In this document: piece after piece, positions 39,209 to 47,483 of the stretch
How positions within the stretch are numbered: position 1 is the first letter of the stretch
Layout: each line of letters opens with the position of its first letter
Assembly: GCA_036517115.1 (NCBI GenBank)
Contig: DATDYB010000005.1
Span: 18,970-82,969 of the forward strand
DNA length: 64,000 nucleotides
Direction of reading: 5' to 3'
Source of the DNA: Minisyncoccota bacterium
GTDB lineage: Bacteria > Patescibacteriota > Minisyncoccia > Phycocordibacterales > PALSA-1337
Position numbers and translations under genes: made by a program
Notes under the pieces: model-generated
Seen by the model: the letters and a program-made list of their open reading frames with translations, nothing else
What the model was told of the DNA's origin: nothing
Databases searched by the model: none

Positions 39209-40150
39209 TTAAAAATTAATCTTTTTCCCGATGGCATAGGTCTCCTTACCAGACGCTTCCCGCGACACACGGATGAAAAACTCGGCAAGAATGCCCATAA
39301 GGATGAAGTTGATTCCCACGATGAAAAAGAGGGCGGTGAAAATCGGCAAGGGCGTCGATATGAAATCCTTGAGGCCGGCGAGCTTGTAGTAGATTGCCAA
39401 GAGAGCGCACACTCCGGAAATAAAAAAAGAGAGAAAGCCGAATCCGCCGAAAAAATGCGACGGCCGATCCTGGTATTTAAATAAGAATTTAATAACAAGG
39501 AGATCCAACAACACTCTCCCTATCCTCGACATGCCGTACTTTGAAACACCGTGAACGCGAGGACGGTCACTGACCGCGATCTCCCCGACCCTGCCTCCCT
39601 GCCAGGCGGCATACGCCGGAATAAACCGATGCATCTCGCCATAGAGCTTCACTGGCTTCAAGTATTCTTTTTTATAGGCTTTGAGGGTGCAACCGTAGTC
39701 ATGGAGCTTTACGCCCGTCACGAGAGAGATGAGCGCGTTTGCCATGCGTGAAGGCAGCTTTCTTCTGAACAGTTCTTTTTTCCAGCGGTCCTTCCTCCAT
39801 CCGGAAACTACATCGTACCCTTCGTTCATTTTTTCCAAAAGACGCGGAATGTCTTTAGGCGAATTTTGCAAATCGGAATCCATCATGACAATAATATCCC
39901 CCTCGGCGAAGGCGATACCGGCGGCGATGGCCGCGGTTTGTCCGCAATTTTTCTGGAAACTGAGTATCCTAAAATTTTTGTTCCCGCGTAGGGCGACCTC
40001 GAGCGCGGGAAGACTCGCGTCCTTTGACCCGTCATCGACGAAAATGACTTCGGATGAGGAAGTTGTGGTACAAAACTCGTTTAATTCACCCGCTAAAATG
40101 GGGATATTCTTCTCTTCGTTGTATACGGGGATGACGATTGACAGCTTCAT
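39209..40150 (-). CDS. GT2 polyprenol-phosphate glycosyltransferase (ArnC-like)
   Basis: IPVYNEE, VDDGSKD, MDSDLQN, HDYGCTLKAY, GEMHRFIP and C-terminal TMs. ATG at 40150. Confidence 0.92.
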   Translation of the reverse strand: MKLSIVIPVYNEEKNIPILAGELNEFCTTTSSSEVIFVDDGSKDASLPALEVALRGNKNFRILSFQKNCGQTAAIAAGIAFAEGDIIVMMDSDLQNSPKDIPRLLEKMNEGYDVVSGWRKDRWKKELFRRKLPSRMANALISLVTGVKLHDYGCTLKAYKKEYLKPVKLYGEMHRFIPAYAAWQGGRVGEIAVSDRPRVHGVSKYGMSRIGRVLLDLLVIKFLFKYQDRPSHFFGGFGFLSFFISGVCALLAIYYKLAGLKDFISTPLPIFTALFFIVGINFILMGILAEFFIRVSREASGKETYAIGKKINF

Positions 40151-40231
40151 TGCCTTGTACTCTACCACATCGGAACAACTTTTTGAATGAAACTTAGGTA
40201 TATATCCCACCATCAGGTAAAAAGATCCATA

Positions 40232-40375
40232 AACAACCCTCGAAGAAGCCCTCGGGTATTCCTAAAAAGTGGCCGGATAATTTTTCTGGTGAAAAATTTC
40301 CTAGGACTCCGCGCCGCCGCGCTGCGTAGCCACATTTTTAGAAACACCTTCGGGCTTTGTTCTTCGAGGGTTGTT
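40232..40375. repeat. Structured palindromic element, family B, copy 1
   Basis: Outer 16-bp perfect IR (40232-40247/40360-40375). The 39-nt core CCGGATAATTTTTCTGGTGAAAAATTTCCTAGGACTCCG (40273-40311) is identical to 61978-62016. Confidence 0.85.
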
Positions 40376-40415
40376 CCTTGCGCTTTACTGCGAGTTCTTT
40401 TTGGGCCGGCGAAGC

Positions 40416-41138
40416 TTATGAATGCATCCTCTTTCTCATCTTCCAGATGTTTTTAAGTTGGCGGATGATTTCGACAAGAGGTGAGACTTTGCTCGCGCGA
40501 AGCTCGTCCCGAACTTCGCGCCAGGTTACGGGTACTTCGAGCACGCGGTATCCTTTTCTGCAAGCGAGAATCATGAGCTCAGTATCCCAGAACCATCCCG
40601 CGTCCTGAGTCTCCGGAATGAGCTCATGAACAATCTTTCTACTGAATGCCTTAAAGCCGCATTGAGCGTCCTTGAAATTCACTCGAAGCACAATTTGGAG
40701 CAAAATATTATAGATCTTTGAAAGTAGTTTACGTTTAAAGCTTCTTTTGGCGTCGGCATATGGCACATACCGTGATCCCGTCACCAGGTCATACCCCTCG
40801 TCGATTTTTGAAACAATGAACGGAAAATCTTTGAGATCGGTAGCAAGGTCGGCATCCATATAGGAGTATATATCGTAGTCCGGTTTTCTCGCCCACGCCT
40901 TTCTGATGGCTATCCCCCGTCCTGCGTCCGACACCCGATCAGTGACAATAGAAGGATATTTTTTCTTTAAATCCTCGGCAATGGAAAACGTCCGGTCACT
41001 CGAGTTGTTATCGAGGATAAGTATCGTCCACGCGTAGCCGGAGAGGTGCGCCTTGGCATGCTCGAGCACCGCAAAAACGCTTTTTTCGAGCACAATTTCC
41101 TCGTTATAGCATGGAATGGTGATGAGAAGTTTTTTCAT
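40416..41138 (-). CDS. GT2 (dolichyl-phosphate glucosyltransferase-like)
   Basis: IPCYNEE, MDADLATD, GSRY, DAQCGFKAF and WFWDTE. ATG at 41138. Confidence 0.9.
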   Translation of the reverse strand: MKKLLITIPCYNEEIVLEKSVFAVLEHAKAHLSGYAWTILILDNNSSDRTFSIAEDLKKKYPSIVTDRVSDAGRGIAIRKAWARKPDYDIYSYMDADLATDLKDFPFIVSKIDEGYDLVTGSRYVPYADAKRSFKRKLLSKIYNILLQIVLRVNFKDAQCGFKAFSRKIVHELIPETQDAGWFWDTELMILACRKGYRVLEVPVTWREVRDELRASKVSPLVEIIRQLKNIWKMRKRMHS

Positions 41139-42205
41139 GGTTGCATCATGATAGAGGTAATTTTTTCCGCGAATCGCTCCACGCCGTGACAGCGCACCAC
41201 GATCTCGCGCATGTCTTGCCGCAGCGCCGACCACTCCGAGGGCGGCAGGGCATAAAGGGTCAGTATGGCGCGGGAGAGTCCCTCGTAATCCCCTTTTTCA
41301 AAAAAGAGGAGTGGCAAGTATTTTCCAAGCACTGCTTTGTACGCTTCGTTGCACGTCACAACCGGCATAGCGGCTGCCATGGCTTCAAGCCCCGCCTTGT
41401 CGAGACTTCCAGTCAGGCTGGTGTTGATAAACATGTCGCTTGCGTGAAGGTACGGGAGCATGTTCCTGTATTCTACTTTGCCGTGCATGGTTACCACTCC
41501 CTCAAGGCCAAGTGAAGTAATCATCGTCTTGAGACTTCGCTCGTATGCAACTTGCTCAGGCACTCCAGCCGCTCCAACAATCGAGAGTGAGAGCGGCATG
41601 GCATTTTTGATACGTGAGGCCGCCTTTAAAAGCGTAGGGTGGTCTTTGACCGGAGAAAGTCTGCCGACCATGATAAGACGGCTTCGCGAAGCACTGGTGA
41701 CCTCTCTCGGCCTGAAATAATCGGTATCAATGCCCTGCCCCACCACTCGAATTTTTCCACTACGAAGACGGCAACCGCTCGCAGTCGACGTGAAGATACT
41801 TCGGGAGAATAGCGCGGCAATCCGAAGGGTAAACGGGGTATGCCCGTGGGCGTACCACAAAAATACTTTCTTACCCATAAGCATCCAGAAAGGCGCTCCG
41901 AGGAGAACATACATCTGGTTCATATGCACGAAGACCGCGTCGTAGCTATTCCTTTTTCGTACGATATGTCGCAAGAATCTCCACGTATATTTGATTCTTT
42001 TCGTAATTCGTAATTCAAAATTCACCGCTCGTTCTTTCCCTAATGAATGTACCTGTACATTTTCTGGCAATTGATGCTCCCCCTCATACAGGCAAATAAC
42101 CTCCACCCTTTCAACTTTTTTTGAAAACTCTTCCACCCAGCGGTGCACAAAGCCGAGCACGTCGTCATGCATATCCATTTTCTGAGTGATGAATAGGAGT
42201 TTCAT
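41135..42205 (-). CDS. Glycosyltransferase family 4
   Basis: VGRLSPVK and GSLDKAGLEAMA. ATG at 42205. Confidence 0.88.
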   Translation of the reverse strand: MKLLFITQKMDMHDDVLGFVHRWVEEFSKKVERVEVICLYEGEHQLPENVQVHSLGKERAVNFELRITKRIKYTWRFLRHIVRKRNSYDAVFVHMNQMYVLLGAPFWMLMGKKVFLWYAHGHTPFTLRIAALFSRSIFTSTASGCRLRSGKIRVVGQGIDTDYFRPREVTSASRSRLIMVGRLSPVKDHPTLLKAASRIKNAMPLSLSIVGAAGVPEQVAYERSLKTMITSLGLEGVVTMHGKVEYRNMLPYLHASDMFINTSLTGSLDKAGLEAMAAAMPVVTCNEAYKAVLGKYLPLLFFEKGDYEGLSRAILTLYALPPSEWSALRQDMREIVVRCHGVERFAEKITSIMMQP

Positions 42206-42206
42206 G

Positions 42207-42683
42207 TTACGCGCGAAAAATGATTTTTTTGTAGACAAAATAACTACCCACGGCAATCGACAAGCCGATAATTATTTGGGATAAAATATACCAGATGCCG
42301 AATCTGTCCACCAGTACGTACATGAGCGCGGTGTTGAGGGCGAGATTGACGAGCGCCACTAAAAAATATTTTCCGACCTGGATATGCATGTCCGTCGTCC
42401 TATCGTCCCTGAATGTCCAAAATTTTTGAAGCGTAAAACTGATGCAAAAAGCAAATACGAACGCGATGATTGCCGAGGTGATGTACCAGATGTCAAGAAC
42501 GTCGGTAAAGACGTACAAGAACCCCACGTCGACAACAGCCGCCGTGCCGCCGGCGATAACGTATTTGATCTTCCGTCGGTGGGTAAAAGCGTGACCGTAG
42601 AAAAAAGGAAACGCCCGTTCAACGGAGCGGAGAAACCGATAGTAGGCTCTTTTGATGCTCATAATGCGACTATTATACCCCAT
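42207..42683 (-). CDS. GtrA-family lipid-linked sugar flippase
   Basis: Four TM helices, KYVIAGG and KFWTF motifs. Confidence 0.88.
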   Translation of the reverse strand: MGYNSRIMSIKRAYYRFLRSVERAFPFFYGHAFTHRRKIKYVIAGGTAAVVDVGFLYVFTDVLDIWYITSAIIAFVFAFCISFTLQKFWTFRDDRTTDMHIQVGKYFLVALVNLALNTALMYVLVDRFGIWYILSQIIIGLSIAVGSYFVYKKIIFRA

Positions 42684-43845
42684 TACCTTTAAGCGCTTCC
42701 CGCCATGACTCTTGGTAGCGGAGCGTGTATGCTTCTTTGGAAATCACGTGCGACCGCGCGGCGCGGTATGCAGCAACGGCGAACGTTTCTCTTTTCTCTT
42801 TGTTTGCGACAAGCTCGAGCAGTGCGCCGACCAGACACTTCGAATCGTTGACACCGCATACGAAGGCGCTCTCGGCGTCAACGAATACCTCTCCCGCGAT
42901 GCCGACATCGGTCGTCACGATGGCGGACCCCGAGAGGGCCGCTTCAACGAGTGACATGCCATATCCTTCGTACGACGAAGTGGAGAGAACGATGTCGGCC
43001 GACGCATAATACGAAGCGAGATTTTCCTGCCAACCTTCAAAGCGAACGGAGTTAGTAAGTCGCAGATTGTGCGTCATGCGCTCTAAAGCGGCAAGCTCCG
43101 AGCCGGAACCGACGATGACAAGACCGGTTTTGGGGAACTTGTTTACAACCGCTGCAAATGCCTGCAAAGCTGTCGCAATATCCTTTTCCGGTTCGAGGCG
43201 CGATGCCATAAGTATGATCGTTTCGAATTCTGGATATTTTTTGCAGAGATCAAAGGACGGCACCTCATTTTCTATTTTTTCTGCATCCACCAAAATCGGA
43301 AGAACAGTAATTTTCTTATCATGAATCTTAAACCATACGTCGTGAATCAACGCACGTTTGATTCGCTCCGATACGACGCGAACGGCATCGGCGCTACGGA
43401 GTACGCGACCGGCGATCATCACCCGCATCATGTTCAACACCGAGTGTTTAACAAAATATGGGCTTAAAAAATCAGTGTGTATTTGAACATGGAGCCGCAC
43501 CTTCCCCGTTTTTTTAAGCGCGCTCCCGACCATGCCGGACTCAAAGGGATCCTGGACCGTGACTAGAGAGTCTCTCTGGTTGAGATTCCTCTCCTTGATT
43601 ATTCTCTTGCCGACGCGAATAGCATCGAAAATGTAGTGCCATCTGTTTCTCGAGTTGGTGGGATAGAGCCAAACATTCTCGGCAATCTTCTCTTCCTTGA
43701 AGGCAGGATCATCAGTCGTGCGCCCCGTATTAAAAACCACAATATGAAGCTCATTTACCAGAGTGCCATAGAGGCGGGTACGCGCTCGTACCGCACTCCC
43801 CTCCTTAAAAATATTTCTGTCGGATCCGATGCTTATTACGTTCAT
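42673..43845 (-). CDS. Glycosyltransferase family 4
   Basis: SRLEPEK and EGYGMSLVEA. ATG at 43845. Confidence 0.88.
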   Translation of the reverse strand: MNVISIGSDRNIFKEGSAVRARTRLYGTLVNELHIVVFNTGRTTDDPAFKEEKIAENVWLYPTNSRNRWHYIFDAIRVGKRIIKERNLNQRDSLVTVQDPFESGMVGSALKKTGKVRLHVQIHTDFLSPYFVKHSVLNMMRVMIAGRVLRSADAVRVVSERIKRALIHDVWFKIHDKKITVLPILVDAEKIENEVPSFDLCKKYPEFETIILMASRLEPEKDIATALQAFAAVVNKFPKTGLVIVGSGSELAALERMTHNLRLTNSVRFEGWQENLASYYASADIVLSTSSYEGYGMSLVEAALSGSAIVTTDVGIAGEVFVDAESAFVCGVNDSKCLVGALLELVANKEKRETFAVAAYRAARSHVISKEAYTLRYQESWREALKGNGV

Positions 43846-44858
43846 ATTTTTTTGGAAAGATTTATATACTCCTCCGCCATATCGCCCCATGAATGTCTGT
43901 ACGCGAACGTTTCAATATTCTTCACATATTCCCTGTACTCTGCATCATCCACGAGTCGTAGGATTGCTTTGGTAATTGCTTCCTTGTCGAGTGGATCGAC
44001 GAAGATACCAAGATTCTTTACCGTTTCGTATAAGCCGGTGTCCTTGGTGAGGATGAACGGCTTACCCCGCTGTATCGCCTCAAGGATAAGGTTGGGGCAG
44101 ACTTCAGAGAGCGAAGGCAGGATGATCGCATAGGAACTTTTTATTTTTTCCATGAATTTCTCATGCGGCAACTTTTCCGTATCAAGCTCGATCTCAGGGC
44201 GGATTTTTTTCGCTTCCGCAAAAGCTTCCCGAAGCGTTATTTCATTTTTGATAACGATCGAGCGTGTTGAAAAAATGAAGTTCTTCTTCGACGGTGCTTC
44301 CCCGCCAAGCTTCATTCCAACGTAATTTGGAATGATCTGCGTCCGTGTCGGACTAATGGCATAGGGAGTACTCATGATGTTTTTCTGCCATTCGGTCGTA
44401 AAAGCAAGTGCGTTAGTATTTCGGAGCGCGATGCCCATAAGCATTTTGATTATTTTCTCCTTTACGTTCAGTCTGACGCTTTTATCGCCATAAAATCGCG
44501 AGAGTGGGATCATGTGCTTGCTTCGCTCGACATATGATTCCCACAGAAAATCTCCGCCTATCCGCATGATAACTTTCTTTCCGAACAGTTTGGCGGCAAG
44601 GAGTGCCGGAAGCCCCACACTCCACGTATCAAGAGCCAGAATGAACGTGGTGCCCGGTAAACTAAAAACCGTACGGAAAAAATAATAAAGATGGCGTATT
44701 CCTATAGGCAACTTTTTCTCCAGTCTGTAAGAAAGCACGTTTACCTCATATCCCAACGCTCTAAACTCCCTCTCTAAGTTGAAGGCGTATTCCGCCGGCC
44801 CGCCAATATCCGGAGGATAAATACCAGTGGCGATGAGGATTTTCATTGACTTTTCCAT
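43842..44858 (-). CDS. Glycosyltransferase family 4
   Basis: YPPDIGGPA and SEVCPNLILEA. Confidence 0.85.
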   Translation of the reverse strand: MEKSMKILIATGIYPPDIGGPAEYAFNLEREFRALGYEVNVLSYRLEKKLPIGIRHLYYFFRTVFSLPGTTFILALDTWSVGLPALLAAKLFGKKVIMRIGGDFLWESYVERSKHMIPLSRFYGDKSVRLNVKEKIIKMLMGIALRNTNALAFTTEWQKNIMSTPYAISPTRTQIIPNYVGMKLGGEAPSKKNFIFSTRSIVIKNEITLREAFAEAKKIRPEIELDTEKLPHEKFMEKIKSSYAIILPSLSEVCPNLILEAIQRGKPFILTKDTGLYETVKNLGIFVDPLDKEAITKAILRLVDDAEYREYVKNIETFAYRHSWGDMAEEYINLSKKI

Positions 44859-44867
44859 TGAAACACA

Positions 44868-46076
44868 TCATACAACATCTTTATGGATTGGAAAAACAGG
44901 ATAAAATACTCTTTTCTTCATATCGGCGACAATCACCTTCCAATCATACCGCTCTTCTGCCATTTTCTTGGCGCTCGCTACGATCATTTCACGAAGAAGT
45001 TTTGCCTCAAGAAAAAGTTCCACCTTTTCCGCAATGCTTCGAGGATTGTTCGGCTCGCAGAAAAGTCCGGTAATCCGATCGAACAGAAAATCCGGAATGC
45101 CACCCACCGGTGTTGCGATGACGGGAAGCCCCGCCGCCATCGCTTCGACAAAGGCGCTACCCATGCCTTCAGAGAGCGAGGGTCGAACAAAAACGTCGGC
45201 GAGGGAGAAATATTTCGGAATATCTTTTTGCTCAACGTACCCCAAAAAACGAACCCGGTCCTCCACCCGAAGCGCGTGGGCAAGCGAGCGAAGTTCTCCG
45301 CGAAGTGGGCCATCTCCCAGAATAAGTAGTTTCGTGGTAAGCGGCATCATGGCAACCGCGTGAATGACATCATCTACCGCGTTTTTAGTGACAAGCCGTG
45401 AAGCAGTGACTATTACCTTGTCTTTCTTGCCAATATTCAGGCCTTCTTCAAGGGCCTTTTTTTCATCGCGCGGCACTTTTGCTCCGAAAATCGCGACATC
45501 CACACCATTAGGAATGATCTCACTTCTTCCCTTATACCCCATGTCCCGAGCAAACTGTTCAAGGAATTTTGAGATGGTCTGCACCATATCGGCCTGTTTA
45601 AAAACTTGTGTTAAGAACGGATACACCAGTCGGATACGTTTTCGCTTTTTAATATGTGCTAACGTGTCGCCGTCTTGTAAGGTCAAAATATAGGGAATTT
45701 TTCGATAGAGCAATTTGAAGAAAACTGCGGAGAATCCCATATAGGTCATGATTGACCAGAGGGCATCGAATTTATTTCTGCGGTCCAACAACACCGCTTT
45801 CAGAAACGCCATCAGCGGATAGAGCACTTTATTCAAATACATCGGGAATCGAAGTAAGTCTTCAGGCGTAGGGTTTCTTTTTGAAAATCCGATTCGGTGT
45901 ACGAGAATGTTACCGATGCGTTCCCGCTTTGGGAGAGTGCTGTCGAAACGCAAAGTAATCATCTCAAATTCAATGTCGGAAGACGGTATCCGGTCAGTAA
46001 TCTCTTTAACTGCAAGCTCCGCCCCACCCAGAAAGGGATGGTATGCAAGGGAAAATATAAGTATTCGTTTCGCCAT
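44868..46076 (-). CDS. Glycosyltransferase family 4
   Basis: GGAE, IPNGVD, SRLVTKN and SEGMGSAFVEAMAAG. Confidence 0.92.
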   Translation of the reverse strand: MAKRILIFSLAYHPFLGGAELAVKEITDRIPSSDIEFEMITLRFDSTLPKRERIGNILVHRIGFSKRNPTPEDLLRFPMYLNKVLYPLMAFLKAVLLDRRNKFDALWSIMTYMGFSAVFFKLLYRKIPYILTLQDGDTLAHIKKRKRIRLVYPFLTQVFKQADMVQTISKFLEQFARDMGYKGRSEIIPNGVDVAIFGAKVPRDEKKALEEGLNIGKKDKVIVTASRLVTKNAVDDVIHAVAMMPLTTKLLILGDGPLRGELRSLAHALRVEDRVRFLGYVEQKDIPKYFSLADVFVRPSLSEGMGSAFVEAMAAGLPVIATPVGGIPDFLFDRITGLFCEPNNPRSIAEKVELFLEAKLLREMIVASAKKMAEERYDWKVIVADMKKRVFYPVFPIHKDVV

Positions 46077-46178
46077 TTCTTACAATGATAAGCTAATTTT
46101 CTTACTAAAACAAACTTTTACACATTAAAAAATCCCACTTAGTACAAGCGGGATATTGAGTCTGCAGAGGATACAAAG

Positions 46179-47336
46179 TTACCGTTTCCCCCTTCGAGCG
46201 ATAGCTCGATTGGAATACTCAGGATCACCGGTGACGTTTCTAATAATCCTGAAAAAAGGAGGAATGTATCGCTTCGCTCCCCGATCCGTCCATTCCATTT
46301 CGAGAAGTGCGAGATCACTCCTGGGTTCATCCACCAGATCCGCTTCACAGAATTGCTCCTGCCAAAAGAAACAGGCTCGTCGCTTCTTGATGGTGTGCGA
46401 ATCTTTGTCTCGGAGCAACAAGAGAGCGTTATATTCTCTTCCATCGATGATCCGATCACGTTCAACACGTATCCCTTTCTCCACCTCTTCCTTAATGGTG
46501 TAGTAGAAGGACGGATCGCCGTGGTCAACACGCATACGCACACGATGCTCTTCCTTCGAGGACGGTGAGACGAGGTAATCCTGTGTGATATGACTCACGT
46601 GATACTGCACAGGAATGTCACGGAGTTCAAATCGCCCGATCAGAAATTTATCCTCCTTTTCAAGCGGTACAGGATCTCCAATGACGTTGCAGACTTCCGC
46701 ACATAGCCGATGAATCTTTTCACTAAAGTCCGTGCTGTTATCGATGACCCGCGGATGCGGATGACGTTTCCATGCCTGCAAAGTTCGCTCGTCAATCACC
46801 CGAGCTTCCTCCGGCGTTTCTTTCCTTGCCTCGTTGTTCGCAAGCGTATAGAACGCTTCCTTACCGAAGGCAGCAGTCCTAAGATGTATTGCAGCGTGAT
46901 AACGCTCTTGGCACAATTCACCAAGTGAGAAACCGAGTCGCTGAACCATTTCCAAAAATGCAGCTTCCTCGACGTATGCCATGCCGTCCATAGCTCCACG
47001 ATCACAAAGGACAACAACTTTACGGCCCTTATTCCGGTACCGAATAGCGGCAGAAAGGAACCGTTCATACTGCATTAGTGTGTCGAAAAGAATTTCCTCC
47101 TGGAACTCTGTTTTCTCGAGTTCAGGCGACCACGGCGTGACCCCACCCATAATGAGTTTGGTTGCCGACTCAGGCACCACCAACACTTTACGCCCACGGC
47201 CAGAAAGCATTTCTTTGAGCTGTGAAAGTCCTGTGCTTTTACCACTGCATGGACCGCCCGTCACTACGATGACCCAGATATTCTCCCCAACGGTGAGAAG
47301 TGTGTGAGGATTCCAAAGATGAGATATAGTTTTCAG
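46179..47336 (-). CDS. P-loop NTPase (AAA_28/NadR-kinase-like) fused to a CYTH-like domain
   Basis: IVVTGGPCSGKST, VPESAT and CDRGAMD. The C-terminal EKEDKFL..QDYL..RVR..K..E pattern is CYTH-like. Probable CTG start at 47336 behind AAAGGAG. Confidence 0.8.
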   Translation of the reverse strand: MKTISHLWNPHTLLTVGENIWVIVVTGGPCSGKSTGLSQLKEMLSGRGRKVLVVPESATKLIMGGVTPWSPELEKTEFQEEILFDTLMQYERFLSAAIRYRNKGRKVVVLCDRGAMDGMAYVEEAAFLEMVQRLGFSLGELCQERYHAAIHLRTAAFGKEAFYTLANNEARKETPEEARVIDERTLQAWKRHPHPRVIDNSTDFSEKIHRLCAEVCNVIGDPVPLEKEDKFLIGRFELRDIPVQYHVSHITQDYLVSPSSKEEHRVRMRVDHGDPSFYYTIKEEVEKGIRVERDRIIDGREYNALLLLRDKDSHTIKKRRACFFWQEQFCEADLVDEPRSDLALLEMEWTDRGAKRYIPPFFRIIRNVTGDPEYSNRAIARRGKR

Positions 47337-47483
47337 AGACTACTCCTTTCTATTGAGGTTAACAGACAAATTCCTGCCTCCTTGGTTGTCAGGGAGCAGG
47401 AATTCTGCAAGGCTATAGGGTACCTATTCTACAGCACTTGATTATGATCGCATCTTAGCATGTTTTATTAATGCTGTCAATTA

